This document shows, in pieces, positions 62,989-64,000 of a DNA stretch of 64,000 bases (the first letter of the stretch is position 1; every line of letters begins with the position of its first letter). A program made the position numbers and the translations under genes. The stretch is taken from positions 160,001-224,000 of the forward strand of contig CAXMWX010000003.1 of the NCBI GenBank assembly GCA_963422205.2, read 5' to 3'. The stretch comes from Gammaproteobacteria bacterium. GTDB lineage: Bacteria > Pseudomonadota > Gammaproteobacteria > Eutrophobiales > Eutrophobiaceae. The notes beneath the pieces are model-generated. The model was given only the letters and a program-made list of their open reading frames with translations. It was not told where the DNA came from and did no database searches.

Positions 62989-63780
62989 TTAATTATATTC
63001 ACCAAAAACCACACTGGTCATGCTCAACGAGCGATAGACAATGTAATCAGACAGCAGGCTGATTTTATCATCAGCGTATCTGGCGCCCAGGGCATACAAC
63101 AGGGGACAATAATGATCAGTACCAGGCACAGACAGCATAGCCGACTCACCAAACTCGGCGTAGTTACAAATGTTATCTATGTTATAGCTCAGGATATTGT
63201 TCTTAATATACTCATTGAACCGCACCGCCCAGTCATACGGTTCTGCCTGTTCGTTCCATTCCATAATCGACAGGTTATGGACGATGTTGCCTGTTGCCAT
63301 AATCAGCACACCTTCATCACGCAGTGGTTGCAGTTTTTTACCGATCTTAACATGCCATGCCAGTGGTTGAGATAAATCCATACTCAACTGTATAACCGGA
63401 ATATCGGCTTGCGGGTACATCTTTAGCAGGACTGACCAGGTGCCGTGATCCAAACCCCAGGACTGATCCAGCGTCACATCAACGGGTGCTAATAGCCCGG
63501 CTACCCATTGTGCCAGTTCAGGATCACCAGCGGCAGGGTATTGTAAATCAAATAAAGCAGCGGGTAAGGAACGGCCAAAGTCATGGATGGTCTTAGGTTG
63601 CAGCATCGCTGTGACAGCTGTGCCACGGGTACACCAATGTGCAGAGATGGATAGAATGGCTTGGGGTTTTGCGATGGTCTGGCCAAAACGCTGCCAGGAA
63701 CGTGTCGCCTCGTTATCAGCAATGGCGTTGACAGGGCTGCCGTGGCCGATGAACACAACAGGCATTGTCGTTGCTTTCAT
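62989..63780 (-). CDS. extradiol ring-cleavage dioxygenase (4,5-DOPA dioxygenase/YgiD-like)
   Basis: FIGHGSP, ISAHW, GLDHGTW, GNIVHNL, DHYCPLLY. Confidence 0.92.
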   Translation of the reverse strand: MKATTMPVVFIGHGSPVNAIADNEATRSWQRFGQTIAKPQAILSISAHWCTRGTAVTAMLQPKTIHDFGRSLPAALFDLQYPAAGDPELAQWVAGLLAPVDVTLDQSWGLDHGTWSVLLKMYPQADIPVIQLSMDLSQPLAWHVKIGKKLQPLRDEGVLIMATGNIVHNLSIMEWNEQAEPYDWAVRFNEYIKNNILSYNIDNICNYAEFGESAMLSVPGTDHYCPLLYALGARYADDKISLLSDYIVYRSLSMTSVVFGEYN

Positions 63781-63795
63781 GAGTGGTATGGGCAA

Positions 63796-64000
63796 TCAGC
63801 TTGCCTGCATACGTTTCCAGCAGGCCTGATAACGCGGCACCAACCATTTGTTCAGATCAGACTGTGCCCCCTCTTGCCAGGAATAGCGACCGCGCACGGC
63901 GAAACGGGAACGCAGACCGATCTGTACCAATTCATCAACATGCTGGTCTTGCTGCATGATCTTGCCAGCGGCAGAGATGATCATTTCTAAACGGTATTCA
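63796..64000 (-). CDS. C-terminus of a Rieske oxygenase alpha subunit (partial)
   Basis: QQD..LVQIGLRSRFAVRGRYSWQE..WL..Y pattern; start lies beyond the window. Confidence 0.65.
   Translation of the reverse strand, partial: EYRLEMIISAAGKIMQQDQHVDELVQIGLRSRFAVRGRYSWQEGAQSDLNKWLVPRYQACWKRMQAS

Overview
Bacterial chromosomal segment, most likely a gammaproteobacterium (inferred from the hemL-rubredoxin-hemJ-argC-DUF6776-bactofilin-erpA-anmK block). It has three parts. (1) 1-28.5 kb is an uptake and catabolism locus with three TonB-dependent receptors, three spinster-like MFS transporters, two secreted DUF1838 proteins, a secreted CpcT/CpeT-like protein, VOC enzymes, FAD/NADP oxidoreductases, a Tat-exported amine oxidase and a deaminase. 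It is interrupted by a tandem Uma2 pair, an AT-rich EEP gene and a Dam methylase remnant. (2) 30.7-46 kb is core genes (acyl-CoA dehydrogenase, shc, thiolase, heme/arg/Fe-S/anmK), with an inserted methyltransferase-nuclease fusion and an octamer repeat that frameshifts a lipoprotein gene. (3) 46-64 kb is a second catabolic island (amidohydrolase, CoA ligase, cupin, IclR, hydantoinase A/B, AraC, TBDR, extradiol dioxygenase, Rieske oxygenase). Many accessory genes carry deletions, frameshifts or nonsense changes, and three surface genes carry slippage-prone repeats. No rRNA, tRNA, CRISPR array, integrase or transposase was recognised. All family calls come from motif recognition by eye, not from database searches.
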